In this document: positions 19,197 to 28,888 of the stretch, piece after piece
Layout of the letters: each line of letters starts with the position of its first letter
Numbering within the stretch: position 1 is the stretch's first letter
Source: a phage
Assembly: GCA_012178725.1 (NCBI GenBank)
Contig: GCA_012178725.1_3030.1
Direction: 5' to 3' (one strand)
DNA: 64,000 nucleotides
The notes under the pieces: generated by a model
The model's database searches: none
Seen by the model: only the letters and a program-made list of their open reading frames with translations
Told to the model about the DNA's origin: nothing
Made by a program: the position numbers and the translations under genes

Positions 19197-19880
19197 TTAT
19201 CGTTTAGTTGGAAGAGATAGAGGATCGCATTCTTCCTCTGATGGAGCGTCTTCTAGACCCATAGCGTATCGCAAAGCATACTTCATCATCAGGATGTCTT
19301 TCGCACAGTCATGAATAGAATCATGTGCAACGAATCCATCTAAAGTTCCCTTTGGAAGAGGACATGTGGTCATATCACGAACAAGCAGAAGTGCTTCAAT
19401 TCTGGTACGAATATCACGCTGATTCCAGAATTTACACGGTTCTAACTTAAATGTGTCAAGCTCATTCTCAGAAACACCATTAAGACGTTGAATATCACGA
19501 ATGAGATCGACTAAAATTGGAAAATCAAACGACATTCCACGGCACCAGCCTTGAGATTTCCAAGGATCGATATTATGCGCATTGATGTAATCATTAAATT
19601 TTGCAATACCATCGATAGTGCTTACATCTTCATCTGATGGTGCAATATTTTTTCTAGCTTCAGGTGATTGATTTTTCCACCATTCGATAGTGCTTTTAGT
19701 AAAAAGACGATGTCCTTTTTGGCTTTTTAAATCAAATTTGATTTTAATGCCGCGTGAAACTAATTCATCAAATGTTTCAACAACTTCCGGGTTAGGGTCA
19801 AAAGCAATTACAGCCAAATCAATAACAGCTGCTTTTTCACCACTTCCCATCGTTTCAAAATCTATAATAAAATCAAACAT
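19197..19880 (-). CDS. dexA: Exonuclease A DexA (DEDDh 3'-5' exonuclease)
   Basis: 227 aa; FDFETMG, ...HDSIHDCAKD... exonuclease motifs; T4 DexA size. Confidence 0.88.
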   Translation of the reverse strand: MFDFIIDFETMGSGEKAAVIDLAVIAFDPNPEVVETFDELVSRGIKIKFDLKSQKGHRLFTKSTIEWWKNQSPEARKNIAPSDEDVSTIDGIAKFNDYINAHNIDPWKSQGWCRGMSFDFPILVDLIRDIQRLNGVSENELDTFKLEPCKFWNQRDIRTRIEALLLVRDMTTCPLPKGTLDGFVAHDSIHDCAKDILMMKYALRYAMGLEDAPSEEECDPLSLPTKR

Positions 19881-20137
19881 TAAATTTTCCTTGCTAAATC
19901 GCGAATTTGACCTACAGTATAGTCTTGAATATAAACTTTATTGATAGGCTCATCAATAAATTTTGCCATAGATTCAATGTCTTTTTGTATTTCTTCAAGA
20001 CTGTATACTATCTTTAAAGCTTTTTCGCGAATAGTAATATTTTCAGGACCCTGATTTTCTTTAATGACAGCTTTAACATTTGCCATAAGAGATTTAAATT
20101 GGTACCAACTTAATTCAATCATTAATAATCGCCTCAT
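19880..20137 (-). CDS. Hypothetical protein (paralog pair member)
   Basis: 85 aa; similar to adjacent 86-aa ORF (LEEIQKDIESMAKF...YIQDYTVGQIRDL vs LEEIERDLIALEFF...TINDYVLGEISYL). Confidence 0.5.
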   Translation of the reverse strand: MRRLLMIELSWYQFKSLMANVKAVIKENQGPENITIREKALKIVYSLEEIQKDIESMAKFIDEPINKVYIQDYTVGQIRDLARKI

Positions 20138-20375
20138 AAAGATAGCTAATTTCGCCTAAAACATAATCATTAATTGTAACAGTTTTCACTTCACCGCAAA
20201 AGAATTCTAACGCAATTAAATCTCGTTCAATTTCTTCTAATTGAAGCATCAACTTATTAGATTCAATTTTTACAGTTTCACGATTTTTACCATGAGCAAT
20301 TTCATAAATTTCGCTAATTTTATCCTGAAGAAAATAAAACTGATCTTTAGTTATTTCCACGAATAGCTTCCTCAA
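20115..20375 (-). CDS. Hypothetical protein (paralog pair member)
   Basis: 86 aa; see adjacent paralog. Confidence 0.5.
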   Translation of the reverse strand: MRKLFVEITKDQFYFLQDKISEIYEIAHGKNRETVKIESNKLMLQLEEIERDLIALEFFCGEVKTVTINDYVLGEISYLYEAIIND

Positions 20376-20414
20376 ATTTAATCAATAATTTACAGACACT
20401 TTCATCTAGTGTAA

Positions 20415-20606
20415 TTACCGTATCTGTATTACTGTGATATGATTGTTTTCAATTCGTTTAATTGCTAATATAGTATCACTTATAAGATAAAGCTTATGAA
20501 GGAGCTCAGCTCCTGTTACCATAACATTAAGATTATCTTGCTTATTAGTATGCTTCCTTATACCATCTATTAGACGATTTAAATATTTTGAATTGATGTT
20601 AATCAT
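20415..20606 (-). CDS. Hypothetical protein
   Basis: 63-aa ORF upstream of dda. Confidence 0.4.
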   Translation of the reverse strand: MININSKYLNRLIDGIRKHTNKQDNLNVMVTGAELLHKLYLISDTILAIKRIENNHITVIQIR

Positions 20607-20612
20607 ATATCC

Positions 20613-21932
20613 TCACACATAAAACACATCATAACGACCACGAGTGACACCAACATAAAGAAGCTGCTGAGCTAATTCAGCATCTGCATAATGAATACAA
20701 GGCGTATAAATGAAAGCACGGTCTACAGACATACCCTGCGCTTTATGGAATGTTGATGCAGGAAGTGCTTTCACTTTACTAAACTGTGATTTAGCATCCC
20801 AAAAATCGCTCCACGGAGCTTTTCCGCCTTTGTTCCAATTTTTATAAGTTTCTGCTGTTTTACCTAAAAATAGGTTAAACTTATACAATTCTTCATCAGA
20901 TGAAATTATTTTAATCTTTTCACGATAATATTCATCATCGCCATAAGTTTCTACTGTTAAATCCCAATGACGAATTAAGTATTCCCCAGAAACACCACGA
21001 GCTTTAACAAACGTTGATGTATACTCTGCTTCTATAATACGAACTAATTGTCCGTTATTAAAAATAATTTCTGACACAGGCTTTCCATCAATTTTATATG
21101 TTTTAATTAATGGTTCCTGCATTACAATAATTTCACCGACAATAAAATCTTTATCAGTTTCAAAAATCTTTTTACGAATGATGTTATTTAACTTGTCAAC
21201 AGATTTATTCGTAAATGCCATTACGCGATTTTCAAACAAATCATCTAGTGATTTTACGATTGAAAAATAATTTACCATAAAATCGCGTAAAGCAGTATCA
21301 CCAGTAAATCCACGTACTCCATGCCCGTCAACAACTTTGTCATAAATCCACTTACCGTTGCGAACGTCAGTAGCTACATCAATAATAGGAGCATTACTGC
21401 GTTTAACTTCAGTGAGTTCACACTGATAAAAATCTTTATGTGTAAAGAATGGACTGATATAAGCAGTATTTTCTCCTGGGTCAACAGGTCTAATTTGCTT
21501 ATTATCACCTATTCCAATTATAGTACACCACGGCGGGATAGTTGAAAGCAGAATTTTAAATAGCTTTCTATCATACATTGACACTTCATCGCAGATTAAT
21601 ACCCTGCATTTAGCTAAATCTGGTACTTCCTTCTGCTCAAAAAGAACGTTTTCTTCATATGTTACTGGGTTAATTTTAAGAATACTATGAATAGTACTTG
21701 CTTCTTTCCCTGATAGTTTTGAAAGAATCTTTTTAGCTGCATGAGTAGGAGCTGCTAAAATAATACCAGTTTCACCCGTAGATATTAAAGCTTCAATGAT
21801 GAATTTGGTAAGAGTAGTCTTACCGGTGCCAGCAGGTCCATTAATAGTTACATGATGTTTCTTTTCTTTAATAGCCTTCATAACAATGTTAAAGGCATTT
21901 TTCTGGCCTTCGGTCAAATCATCAAATGTCAT
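20613..21932 (-). CDS. dda: Dda DNA helicase (SF1B)
   Basis: 439 aa; Walker A GPAGTGKT and SF1 motifs; matches remembered T4 Dda N-terminus (MTFDDLTEGQKNAFNIV...). Confidence 0.95.
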   Translation of the reverse strand: MTFDDLTEGQKNAFNIVMKAIKEKKHHVTINGPAGTGKTTLTKFIIEALISTGETGIILAAPTHAAKKILSKLSGKEASTIHSILKINPVTYEENVLFEQKEVPDLAKCRVLICDEVSMYDRKLFKILLSTIPPWCTIIGIGDNKQIRPVDPGENTAYISPFFTHKDFYQCELTEVKRSNAPIIDVATDVRNGKWIYDKVVDGHGVRGFTGDTALRDFMVNYFSIVKSLDDLFENRVMAFTNKSVDKLNNIIRKKIFETDKDFIVGEIIVMQEPLIKTYKIDGKPVSEIIFNNGQLVRIIEAEYTSTFVKARGVSGEYLIRHWDLTVETYGDDEYYREKIKIISSDEELYKFNLFLGKTAETYKNWNKGGKAPWSDFWDAKSQFSKVKALPASTFHKAQGMSVDRAFIYTPCIHYADAELAQQLLYVGVTRGRYDVFYV

Positions 21933-22240
21933 CGTAAATTCCCTGCAATTGGTATACTAACAATACGCCCAGTATCTAAAATTCGCTGATATAATCTTTG
22001 TGTGTCTACGTCAGGCTTAACATGTTTAACTTCTATTTTATTAAACCAAAACTTACGTGGAGTCTCAACTAATCTTGGAATTCCCTTACCTAAAGCTAGT
22101 CGATACTGTTCTTTAAGAGTAGTAAATACTTTATCAGCAATCTTCCATTCAAAAAATACAGCAGGACGATGTTCATCAAGCGGAACTGGCGCCGTAAATC
22201 CGTCTTTGTCTCGGTAAACTATCGCATATACATAAACCAT
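21929..22240 (-). CDS. Hypothetical protein (dda.1-like)
   Basis: 103-aa ORF; ATGA overlap with dda. Confidence 0.5.
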   Translation of the reverse strand: MVYVYAIVYRDKDGFTAPVPLDEHRPAVFFEWKIADKVFTTLKEQYRLALGKGIPRLVETPRKFWFNKIEVKHVKPDVDTQRLYQRILDTGRIVSIPIAGNLR

Positions 22241-22241
22241 A

Positions 22242-22988
22242 TTATCCTCGGATAAGTTTAAAAATTGAACAATTTAGCGGGTATCCTCTTTTCAGTTTAA
22301 GTTTATCAATAAAAGACAAGTTTTGATACCGCTCTACACCTTGAATAATTTTATCACACATATCATATTGCATTTCTGCTTCTGACAACTTTTTCACAAT
22401 TTTCCAATCCGAGCCTTTAAGAAGAACGTTCAGTTTAACAACTTCAGCGCCTTCTGCTATGCGAGAACCATCAATACGAGCTTTAAGTGCTATAATCCTT
22501 AGCTTAATGTCAGAGGTCTGTTTTGATTTAGAAAGCTGAGAAATGTGTTCAATTCGATTTTCACGTTTTTTCTGTATAGCTTTAATTTGATTATAAGTCT
22601 TTTTGATTTTAGCCCATTTCTTTTCATCTAAATTTAGTTTATGAACTTTTTTCGCAGATGAACGACCAATTCGCAAAGCAAATAAATCCCGTTTTTCAAT
22701 TAACTCCTCTAAAGTATAATCAGAACGAAATGTATTATACTTTTTCTTTACTGCAATAACATTCCCTTTAATGTATCCAACGTTATTATCAAAACGTTCT
22801 AATGATAATTTCTCTCCTTCAATACGATTATCAAAAGGTTCTCCCGAGTAAGCACAAACTTTTTGATCTAAAATGTTCTTAATGTAATTGAAGTCTAAGT
22901 TAAAATCTTTAGAACGTCTTTTTGCAGATGCCTGAGTATGCTCTAAACGACGTTTAATTTTACGAATTTGGTTATTAGACAGCTTCAT
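22242..22988 (-). CDS. srd: Basic protein at the srd position, with a degenerate HNH-like segment
   Basis: 248 aa, Lys/Arg-rich; CAYSGEPFD...LERFDNNVGYIKGNVIAVKKKYN resembles an HNH_3 core lacking the catalytic His/Cys; position between dda and modA. Confidence 0.4.
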   Translation of the reverse strand: MKLSNNQIRKIKRRLEHTQASAKRRSKDFNLDFNYIKNILDQKVCAYSGEPFDNRIEGEKLSLERFDNNVGYIKGNVIAVKKKYNTFRSDYTLEELIEKRDLFALRIGRSSAKKVHKLNLDEKKWAKIKKTYNQIKAIQKKRENRIEHISQLSKSKQTSDIKLRIIALKARIDGSRIAEGAEVVKLNVLLKGSDWKIVKKLSEAEMQYDMCDKIIQGVERYQNLSFIDKLKLKRGYPLNCSIFKLIRG

Positions 22989-23111
22989 ATTTTTCTCACA
23001 TCTTACGGACGGTTAACTACTTATACTATAACATTTTTACTTCAGCTTGTAAACAACTTTATGTAAAAATGCTTTAAAAATTTCATGGTATAATGAATCT
23101 AAGTCCTTCCA

Positions 23112-23714
23112 TTATAGATTAAATCCTTCAAAATCAAGAGTATAGATAGTGTATGTTGAATACTTTTTGTACTCATATCTATCTGCAATTCTAAATACAC
23201 TTCCAGCTGGTATCATTACTTCTTGTTCATCTGAAACTAATTCCATATTACGATAACGATGGCTATCCGGAAACTTAAAGTTTGGATTGTATTCTTTACA
23301 GCGCAGAGCTTTTATAGCATACTCCTGGAAATTGAATACCATAGGAGCTTTGAATTCAAAAATAACTTGTGTGTTATACTCTAAACCAGAAGCAAAATGT
23401 AGAGCTATATTTTTATCATATGAAGCTGATACGACTTTATCAAATGTAATAATATCAATTCCTTGATTTAACACCTGCTTAGTCTCAGCTGGAACACCTC
23501 TCCAAAGAGGTTTATCGTTTGGAACCAAACGAGATTTGATTATTTCATTTAACCAAGTATGGTCATCTGGCTTATTAGTAATACAATGAATTAAAAGTTC
23601 AATTTCAGATAAATTAAACCCTTCAGAAAGTAATTCTTCACGAATAGAAGCACGCACCGATGCATCCATTGATTTTATTTTAAAATCTTTTAGTTGCATT
23701 ACTGAGTATTTCAT
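23112..23714 (-). CDS. modA: ADP-ribosyltransferase ModA
   Basis: 200 aa; R-S-E-type motifs (LWRG, SAS, EQEVMIP); T4 ModA size and order. Confidence 0.85.
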   Translation of the reverse strand: MKYSVMQLKDFKIKSMDASVRASIREELLSEGFNLSEIELLIHCITNKPDDHTWLNEIIKSRLVPNDKPLWRGVPAETKQVLNQGIDIITFDKVVSASYDKNIALHFASGLEYNTQVIFEFKAPMVFNFQEYAIKALRCKEYNPNFKFPDSHRYRNMELVSDEQEVMIPAGSVFRIADRYEYKKYSTYTIYTLDFEGFNL

Positions 23715-24334
23715 TCAACTACCTCAATATCATAAACTTTAAATGTTCCAAATGAATCGTGTAATTTTTCTTTTGAAATAGAAGTTATTCTATACTTTCC
23801 AATTGGAATCATCCATTCTTGTTCACGCACAATCATCATTAAGTTATCAGTACGCTCTGAATCTAATCCATCAGTATCTTCATACGTGTACTTAAACTCA
23901 GTATTAGGAGAAGAAAGTATAATATCGCTGATATGGTCAGAATAATTAAAAGCTTTATTAGTTTTTAAGCGAAGTATTATTTTAGTAAAATATTCAGCAT
24001 AAGAAAAAGAACATGCTGTGAGCAAACTAGTAGTAAATGAATCTACTCTATTCGTTGAAAACACTTCTCCAACTTGTAAATCTTTAATAAGTTCTTCTGT
24101 TGATTTTGATATACCACGATATAGCTGATAAGGAGATTTAGTTAAATGCTTTTTAATGATTTTATTCAACTGCCTATGAAGAGCTTCATTCTTTTTGGCT
24201 TCCATACATTGCCAAAGAATTGACTGTTCAAAGTCAGTAAATTTTTCACAGACCTTTTTATACATATCATATTGAAAATCAACGCTTTCAGCTTTTATAG
24301 ATAACTGTTCAACATCTGCAAGATTAATAATCAT
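23711..24334 (-). CDS. modB: ADP-ribosyltransferase ModB
   Basis: 207 aa; LYRG ... FSTNRV ... EQEWMIP; overlaps modA by 4 nt. Confidence 0.85.
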   Translation of the reverse strand: MIINLADVEQLSIKAESVDFQYDMYKKVCEKFTDFEQSILWQCMEAKKNEALHRQLNKIIKKHLTKSPYQLYRGISKSTEELIKDLQVGEVFSTNRVDSFTTSLLTACSFSYAEYFTKIILRLKTNKAFNYSDHISDIILSSPNTEFKYTYEDTDGLDSERTDNLMMIVREQEWMIPIGKYRITSISKEKLHDSFGTFKVYDIEVVE

Positions 24335-24401
24335 GATAGCCTCCGTATACTTCAGAAGCTATCATATCATTGTTAGAAAGGAAAGTAAACAACTTTTTGA
24401 A

Positions 24402-24584
24402 TTATTTTGCCCAGGGAGCCCAAGGCGGAGGGTCAAGATGGTATGAAGCTAGTTCTTCTAGAAGAGCATCTGGGGCTTCAATTCCATAATTCTGTAATAC
24501 TATACGGTACTCTTTCTTATAATCACTAGAATCATTCTGGATATTCGTAGAATGATTATCTTCTAACATCTCAAATAAATCCAT
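24402..24584 (-). CDS. Hypothetical acidic protein
   Basis: 60-aa ORF. Confidence 0.4.
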   Translation of the reverse strand: MDLFEMLEDNHSTNIQNDSSDYKKEYRIVLQNYGIEAPDALLEELASYHLDPPPWAPWAK

Positions 24585-24592
24585 ATTAATTC

Positions 24593-25063
24593 CTAGCGAT
24601 AAAAACCAAAGTGACGATTAGCTTCAACAATCTTTCTTTCTTCTTCAGACATTCTCCAGCGTAGTCCAACATCAAAATGAGCCCAGACCATCCTAACAAA
24701 TGCATTTATATCTTTAATATCTTCAATAATGAATGTTTTACTTTTAAAAGGTTGACTCGCTAATTTAACTTTATCGTCTTCAAACATGTCAAAAAGACCA
24801 TATTCATGAGCTCTTTTATAGCCTTTAATAGTTAAAGCTTCAGAAGAAGAAAATGGTGAATCTGTATTCTGCAAAATATCTTCAGTATGCTTTATAATTA
24901 GAATAACATTTTCTGGATATTTTCTTTCTTTTATATCTTTAATTAAAATATCCGGATTTTCTGCTAAAGGAATAATTAACGAGCATTTTTTATCAAGTGT
25001 ATTTACTGATTTACCTTCTTTAGACATAAATTCTATTGAATAATGTTTTGCTACTTCAATCAT
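24593..25063 (-). CDS. Hypothetical protein
   Basis: 156-aa ORF. Confidence 0.5.
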   Translation of the reverse strand: MIEVAKHYSIEFMSKEGKSVNTLDKKCSLIIPLAENPDILIKDIKERKYPENVILIIKHTEDILQNTDSPFSSSEALTIKGYKRAHEYGLFDMFEDDKVKLASQPFKSKTFIIEDIKDINAFVRMVWAHFDVGLRWRMSEEERKIVEANRHFGFYR

Positions 25064-25216
25064 GTGATTTCCTTTTGCCTACTAATGGACCATCAGGAAT
25101 TTTGTTTTCCTGGATATATTTCTCATTTTCTTCCATCATTTTACTGCCAATTTTAAGAAGCAAATCCAAGGCTTCATTTGCTTTAGCCTTTGCCTCTTCT
25201 AACGTCATATCTTTGG

Positions 25217-25420
25217 TCATGATTTATCACCATAGATGTCTCTCATCAATTTAAGCGCTGAGCGTTCTAATTTCTTTTCTTTCTCAGCACTAATCATTGA
25301 TTTCATCCATTCTTCTGACTCGTTCTGCATTTCTTTATTTGCCTGTTCAACCCAACCATCATCAATATACATTGAGTTTGGTCTATTGAACCATTCAAGA
25401 ATCTTCTTGAGAGCTTTCAT
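25217..25420 (-). CDS. Hypothetical protein
   Basis: 67-aa ORF. Confidence 0.4.
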   Translation of the reverse strand: MKALKKILEWFNRPNSMYIDDGWVEQANKEMQNESEEWMKSMISAEKEKKLERSALKLMRDIYGDKS

Positions 25421-25889
25421 TTATTTTACCTAAAACAATAGTAGGAGCATCGTCAAATTTATGAATTTTTAGCAAATTTGGATTTAACTTATTCCATAAA
25501 GAGGTAATAAAATATGATAGCGCACTTTCGTCCGTAATTATAAATTTATTTCCTTTATCTATTTTCCAATCATATATTGAATCATATGAATAGAAGGATA
25601 ACGGTTTATTATAATATGCTTCACTAACATCAATATAGTTAGATTTAGTAAATGCTTGAATTGCCATAAATGGAGAATTTTGTACAGTTTCAATAATTCC
25701 GATCTTTTTAAGTTTTATTTCAACATCTTCTGGAATTGGCATTGAAATAAAATCTTCTACTAGATACATATTATTGTCATATCTTTTATCAATCATTACT
25801 GCTACGGTAATTGGAACATCCTTAACAAACGCCATACTAATACTATTGATAGACATTTCAAACAAAATTGCTTCCATAATTTTCCTCAA
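25395..25889 (-). CDS. Hypothetical protein (mrh-like position)
   Basis: 164-aa ORF in modB-soc interval. Confidence 0.45.
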   Translation of the reverse strand: MRKIMEAILFEMSINSISMAFVKDVPITVAVMIDKRYDNNMYLVEDFISMPIPEDVEIKLKKIGIIETVQNSPFMAIQAFTKSNYIDVSEAYYNKPLSFYSYDSIYDWKIDKGNKFIITDESALSYFITSLWNKLNPNLLKIHKFDDAPTIVLGKINESSQEDS

Positions 25890-26227
25890 TCACAAGATGT
25901 AGATGAACAACTAGAATCACAAGAACTTCCACATGAATCGCCCGCCCATACATGAATAGGAACATTAGTATCATATGAATCAGAACTAGACTGTGTTTTC
26001 TGTGTGTTAGATGATGTAGTAGGTACTGACCAGCGCCAAGGATTTTTATAATATTCTTGGGCTTCTTCATAAGTCATAGTAACTGCTTCTACTGTTCCAT
26101 CTCCCATATAAACATACTCAACTACAGTTAAAGGAAGATAGTCATTTGAAATAGGAACTACACCTTCTCCCGGAGTTGTAGAGAAAAAATCTGTAAAGAA
26201 ATTTTTAAACCAATTAAAGATAAACAT
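25886..26227 (-). CDS. Hypothetical protein with C-terminal Ser/Cys-rich tail
   Basis: 113 aa ending ...[19 protein letters not shown]. Confidence 0.5.
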   Translation of the reverse strand: MFIFNWFKNFFTDFFSTTPGEGVVPISNDYLPLTVVEYVYMGDGTVEAVTMTYEEAQEYYKNPWRWSVPTTSSNTQKTQSSSDSYDTNVPIHVWAGDSCGSSCDSSCSSTSCD

Positions 26228-26433
26228 TACAAAAAGCCTCTTTTGAATTCGACTTGCTTCTTACCATAATCATACCGAATCTCTGCATTAAATTCGACAG
26301 AACCATCTGCGTACATCATAAATGAATGCACAACAACTTCTGTAGACCATGGCTGTAGTTCATATTTCTTCATTACATGCCGTGAAATGATAATATCTAA
26401 ATCTTCATTTGGTTTAATCCAACGATTTAACAT
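26227..26433 (-). CDS. Hypothetical protein
   Basis: 68-aa ORF, start overlaps upstream stop. Confidence 0.45.
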   Translation of the reverse strand: MLNRWIKPNEDLDIIISRHVMKKYELQPWSTEVVVHSFMMYADGSVEFNAEIRYDYGKKQVEFKRGFL

Positions 26434-26491
26434 AGCGCTCTCCTCTATAAGATAATTTTATTATACCATACTCATTTTGGAAAGTAAACCA

Positions 26492-26526
26492 TTTAAATGA
26501 AAAAAGGACTCCCGAAGGAGTCCTTA
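26492..26526 (-). terminator. Rho-independent terminator downstream of soc
   Basis: AAGGACTCC-TTCG-GGAGTCCTT followed by TTTTTTCATTT. Confidence 0.7.
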
Positions 26527-26529
26527 AAT

Positions 26530-26775
26530 TTATTCACCAGTTACTTTCCACAAATCTTCATTTGCAGCAATCCATTCAGTACGTTGATTTTCTTCATATA
26601 CTGTAGAATATGCTGCTTTTTCTGAAGGGAATGTCTGGTAATGTGCACCAGAAATTTTGTGAACGTCAGAATAAAGAGGGAAAGCTACAGAAATTTCCTT
26701 TCCTTCAATTTTCTTATTTCCATCTAATTTCTGCTCAAATGTTTTGATATTAACATAACCGCGAGTACTAGCCAT
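26530..26775 (-). CDS. soc: Small outer capsid protein Soc
   Basis: 81-aa ORF (T4 Soc ~80 aa); TATAAATA late promoter upstream and strong terminator downstream. Confidence 0.88.
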   Translation of the reverse strand: MASTRGYVNIKTFEQKLDGNKKIEGKEISVAFPLYSDVHKISGAHYQTFPSEKAAYSTVYEENQRTEWIAANEDLWKVTGE

Positions 26776-26805
26776 GTAATTCTCCTTTTATTTAAATTAC
26801 ATGAT

Positions 26806-26813
26806 TATTTATA
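26806..26813 (-). promoter_or_regulatory. Late promoter (TATAAATA on minus strand) for soc
   Basis: Reverse complement of tatttata about 30 bp upstream of the soc ATG. Confidence 0.55.
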
Positions 26814-26858
26814 ATAAATTCTCGCGGCTTTTAAGTCGTCGTTTATTTAAACGAGCTA

Positions 26859-27377
26859 TTAATAGCCTCGGTCTTGACGAGCGAAATTTTCAGCATTTTT
26901 CAGATAATAAAGTTTAAATATTTCTTCAGCTGACATTCCAAGAGCAATAAATTTATTCATGAAAAAGTGAAATTGGTCAATCAGTTCAAATTTAATTTCA
27001 AGCTGATCTTCAGGAGATAAGTCTTGAATTTTCTTGGATTGCATTTCAGAATAACGTTTCTTCCAAGGTTTCCATACGGCAGAAGCTTCTTTTTCACCAT
27101 TACTCATACCACCAAGAGAAGTATATAGCTCGCGAGTTTCATCTGCGATATAATCGTCTTGGTTTCGCAACCAAGCAAGAACTTCTCCTGCAGTTTCAAG
27201 TGAATCAGGATGACGATTTGTTTCTGGTTTATCATTAGCCAAACGAATCTGTAAATGCCGCTGCATATCAAGCATAACCTGCAGTGGGTCAATATTGTGC
27301 ATAATATTCTCAGCATATGCACGAGTTGCTTTATCAACACCTTCGATCAAATGAGCGCATTCATTAAAGTGAGCCAT
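26859..27377 (-). CDS. 56: dCTP pyrophosphatase gp56 (MazG-like)
   Basis: 172 aa from internal ATG (MAHFNECAHLIEGVDKA...); track ORF N-terminally extended; MotA-box middle promoter upstream. Confidence 0.88.
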   Translation of the reverse strand: MAHFNECAHLIEGVDKATRAYAENIMHNIDPLQVMLDMQRHLQIRLANDKPETNRHPDSLETAGEVLAWLRNQDDYIADETRELYTSLGGMSNGEKEASAVWKPWKKRYSEMQSKKIQDLSPEDQLEIKFELIDQFHFFMNKFIALGMSAEEIFKLYYLKNAENFARQDRGY

Positions 27378-27411
27378 TATTTTTCCTTTCAATTCATGGG
27401 TTAGTAGATTA

Positions 27412-27437
27412 ATTATACAATAAATATATAAAGCAAT
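27412..27437 (-). promoter_or_regulatory. Candidate middle promoter upstream of gene 56
   Basis: Minus strand TTGCTTTA - 11 nt - TATAAT. Confidence 0.45.
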
Positions 27438-27448
27438 AAGGAGGACAT

Positions 27449-27649
27449 ATGGTACAAAAATTAATGGCACTTGTTAATGCCATAAAAGGTAATAAAAAAC
27501 GTATAGCTTTTACTATTTCTGCTATGGTAGGAATTTTACTCTGGAACTTTATTCTATCACCTGTTGCAATTGCACATGGTATTAATATTCCAGTAGTTAC
27601 TCTTGATACATTTGTAGATTTAGCATTTGCTTTAGTTGGGTTGATTTAA
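27449..27649 (+). CDS. Small membrane protein (plus strand), 66 aa
   Basis: Strong SD AAGGAGGACAT-ATG; two hydrophobic segments; occupies the 56-61 interval. Confidence 0.45.
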   Translation: MVQKLMALVNAIKGNKKRIAFTISAMVGILLWNFILSPVAIAHGINIPVVTLDTFVDLAFALVGLI

Positions 27650-28674
27650 ATCTTAGCATATTTAGATAGCCGCATTTTAGCCATCAACCCCTGGGCAATA
27701 TTATTTTTCATATATTCCATAATTTGTTCAGGGGTTGCACCTTCCTTTCTAATCATATCATTAACATCTTTTGATTTCCAGGGAGATTTATCCCAAAACA
27801 TAACCCTTTCTCCTGCATCAACTAATTTAGTCATTCGCTTAATAGTGTCAGGATGACGAGGTTCATTATCTAAAACCCACACTCGTCTATCTTTAAATGG
27901 AACAACTTCTAGGTCTAATTGACCACCCGTAATAGCTATACCATTTTCAATAAAAAGTGAATCTATAGGTCCTTCTAGAACATATACATCACCATCTTTA
28001 ACTCGTTCGACTCCATAGATTTTTGTTGCTTCAGGATAAGCTTTGATGGTGATATATTTTTGGGGAGCATCTTTCTTTAATGCACGTCCTTGAAAAGACT
28101 CAGCTTTTCCATTAGCATTATAAATTGGAATAACAAGACGAGGCTCAGGTATTTCCTTTTTATATGTTCCCGGTGCTATACTATTAACTAATTTAGGCCA
28201 TTCGGTTGTAAACCAAAGATATTTCCATTTATCCTTTGGAATACAACGAGCTTTTACATATTTTATAATTGGATGGTCTTCCGCCAATTTATCTAATCTA
28301 ACACATGACAGAAGAGATTTAATTATTTTCTTCTCAGGTTGTTTAGGAAGTTCTTTAGGTTTTTCTACTGGACGACTTTTACCTTTTTCTTTTCTTATTT
28401 CAAAGATATACTCACGATATAAATCGGGTTCAAACTCCTTTAAATATATTCCGATTGGCGCATGATAGTTACAGTTATAACAATGAATATTTCCTTCATT
28501 ATTATCGCCATAATACCATCCACGAGCTTTATTCTGGTCGGTTTTTGAATCTCCACAAACAGGGCATCTAAACCGTAATTTAAAAGTTGAACTATTATTT
28601 ACTTGTGTGAATTTAGGTAAATGAGCTAATGCACGGTATGCAAACTCATTATCAATCCAAGGTATTGATGACAT
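27646..28674 (-). CDS. 61: DNA primase gp61
   Basis: 342 aa; zinc ribbon CPVC...CYNC plus TOPRIM-like region; T4 gp61 size. Confidence 0.95.
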   Translation of the reverse strand: MSSIPWIDNEFAYRALAHLPKFTQVNNSSTFKLRFRCPVCGDSKTDQNKARGWYYGDNNEGNIHCYNCNYHAPIGIYLKEFEPDLYREYIFEIRKEKGKSRPVEKPKELPKQPEKKIIKSLLSCVRLDKLAEDHPIIKYVKARCIPKDKWKYLWFTTEWPKLVNSIAPGTYKKEIPEPRLVIPIYNANGKAESFQGRALKKDAPQKYITIKAYPEATKIYGVERVKDGDVYVLEGPIDSLFIENGIAITGGQLDLEVVPFKDRRVWVLDNEPRHPDTIKRMTKLVDAGERVMFWDKSPWKSKDVNDMIRKEGATPEQIMEYMKNNIAQGLMAKMRLSKYAKI

Positions 28675-28676
28675 TT

Positions 28677-28841
28677 TTACTCTTCTTTTTCTTTAGATTC
28701 CTCTTTTTTCTTTTTAGGAATCTGTTCAGGACCTTTATTTACTACAGCGCCTGATGTTGTTCCAGTAGAGATATTTTCAGGATTACCACCTGAATCTCCA
28801 GCGACCATATCTTCTTTGATAAATTCTTTATATGTTTTCAT
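28677..28841 (-). CDS. Small Lys/Glu-rich protein (61.1-like), 54 aa
   Basis: Hand-translated MKTYKEFIKEDMVAGDSGGNPENISTGTTSGAVVNKGPEQIPKKKKEESKEKKR*; TAATATG junction. Confidence 0.4.
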   Translation of the reverse strand: MKTYKEFIKEDMVAGDSGGNPENISTGTTSGAVVNKGPEQIPKKKKEESKEKEE

Positions 28842-28842
28842 A

Positions 28843-28888
28843 TTAACCTCTATTCATAAAAGCATTAAAAATTTGGTCATCAATAGAT
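28843..28888. repeat. 46-bp direct repeat, copy 1 (3' end of the 118-aa ORF)
   Basis: ttaacctctattcataaaagcattaaaaatttggtcatcaataga; 45/46 identical to copy at 29201..29246. Confidence 0.8.

Noticed and set aside
25858-26070. 70-aa minus ORF
   Set aside because: Alternative frame fully inside ORF 25886..26227.
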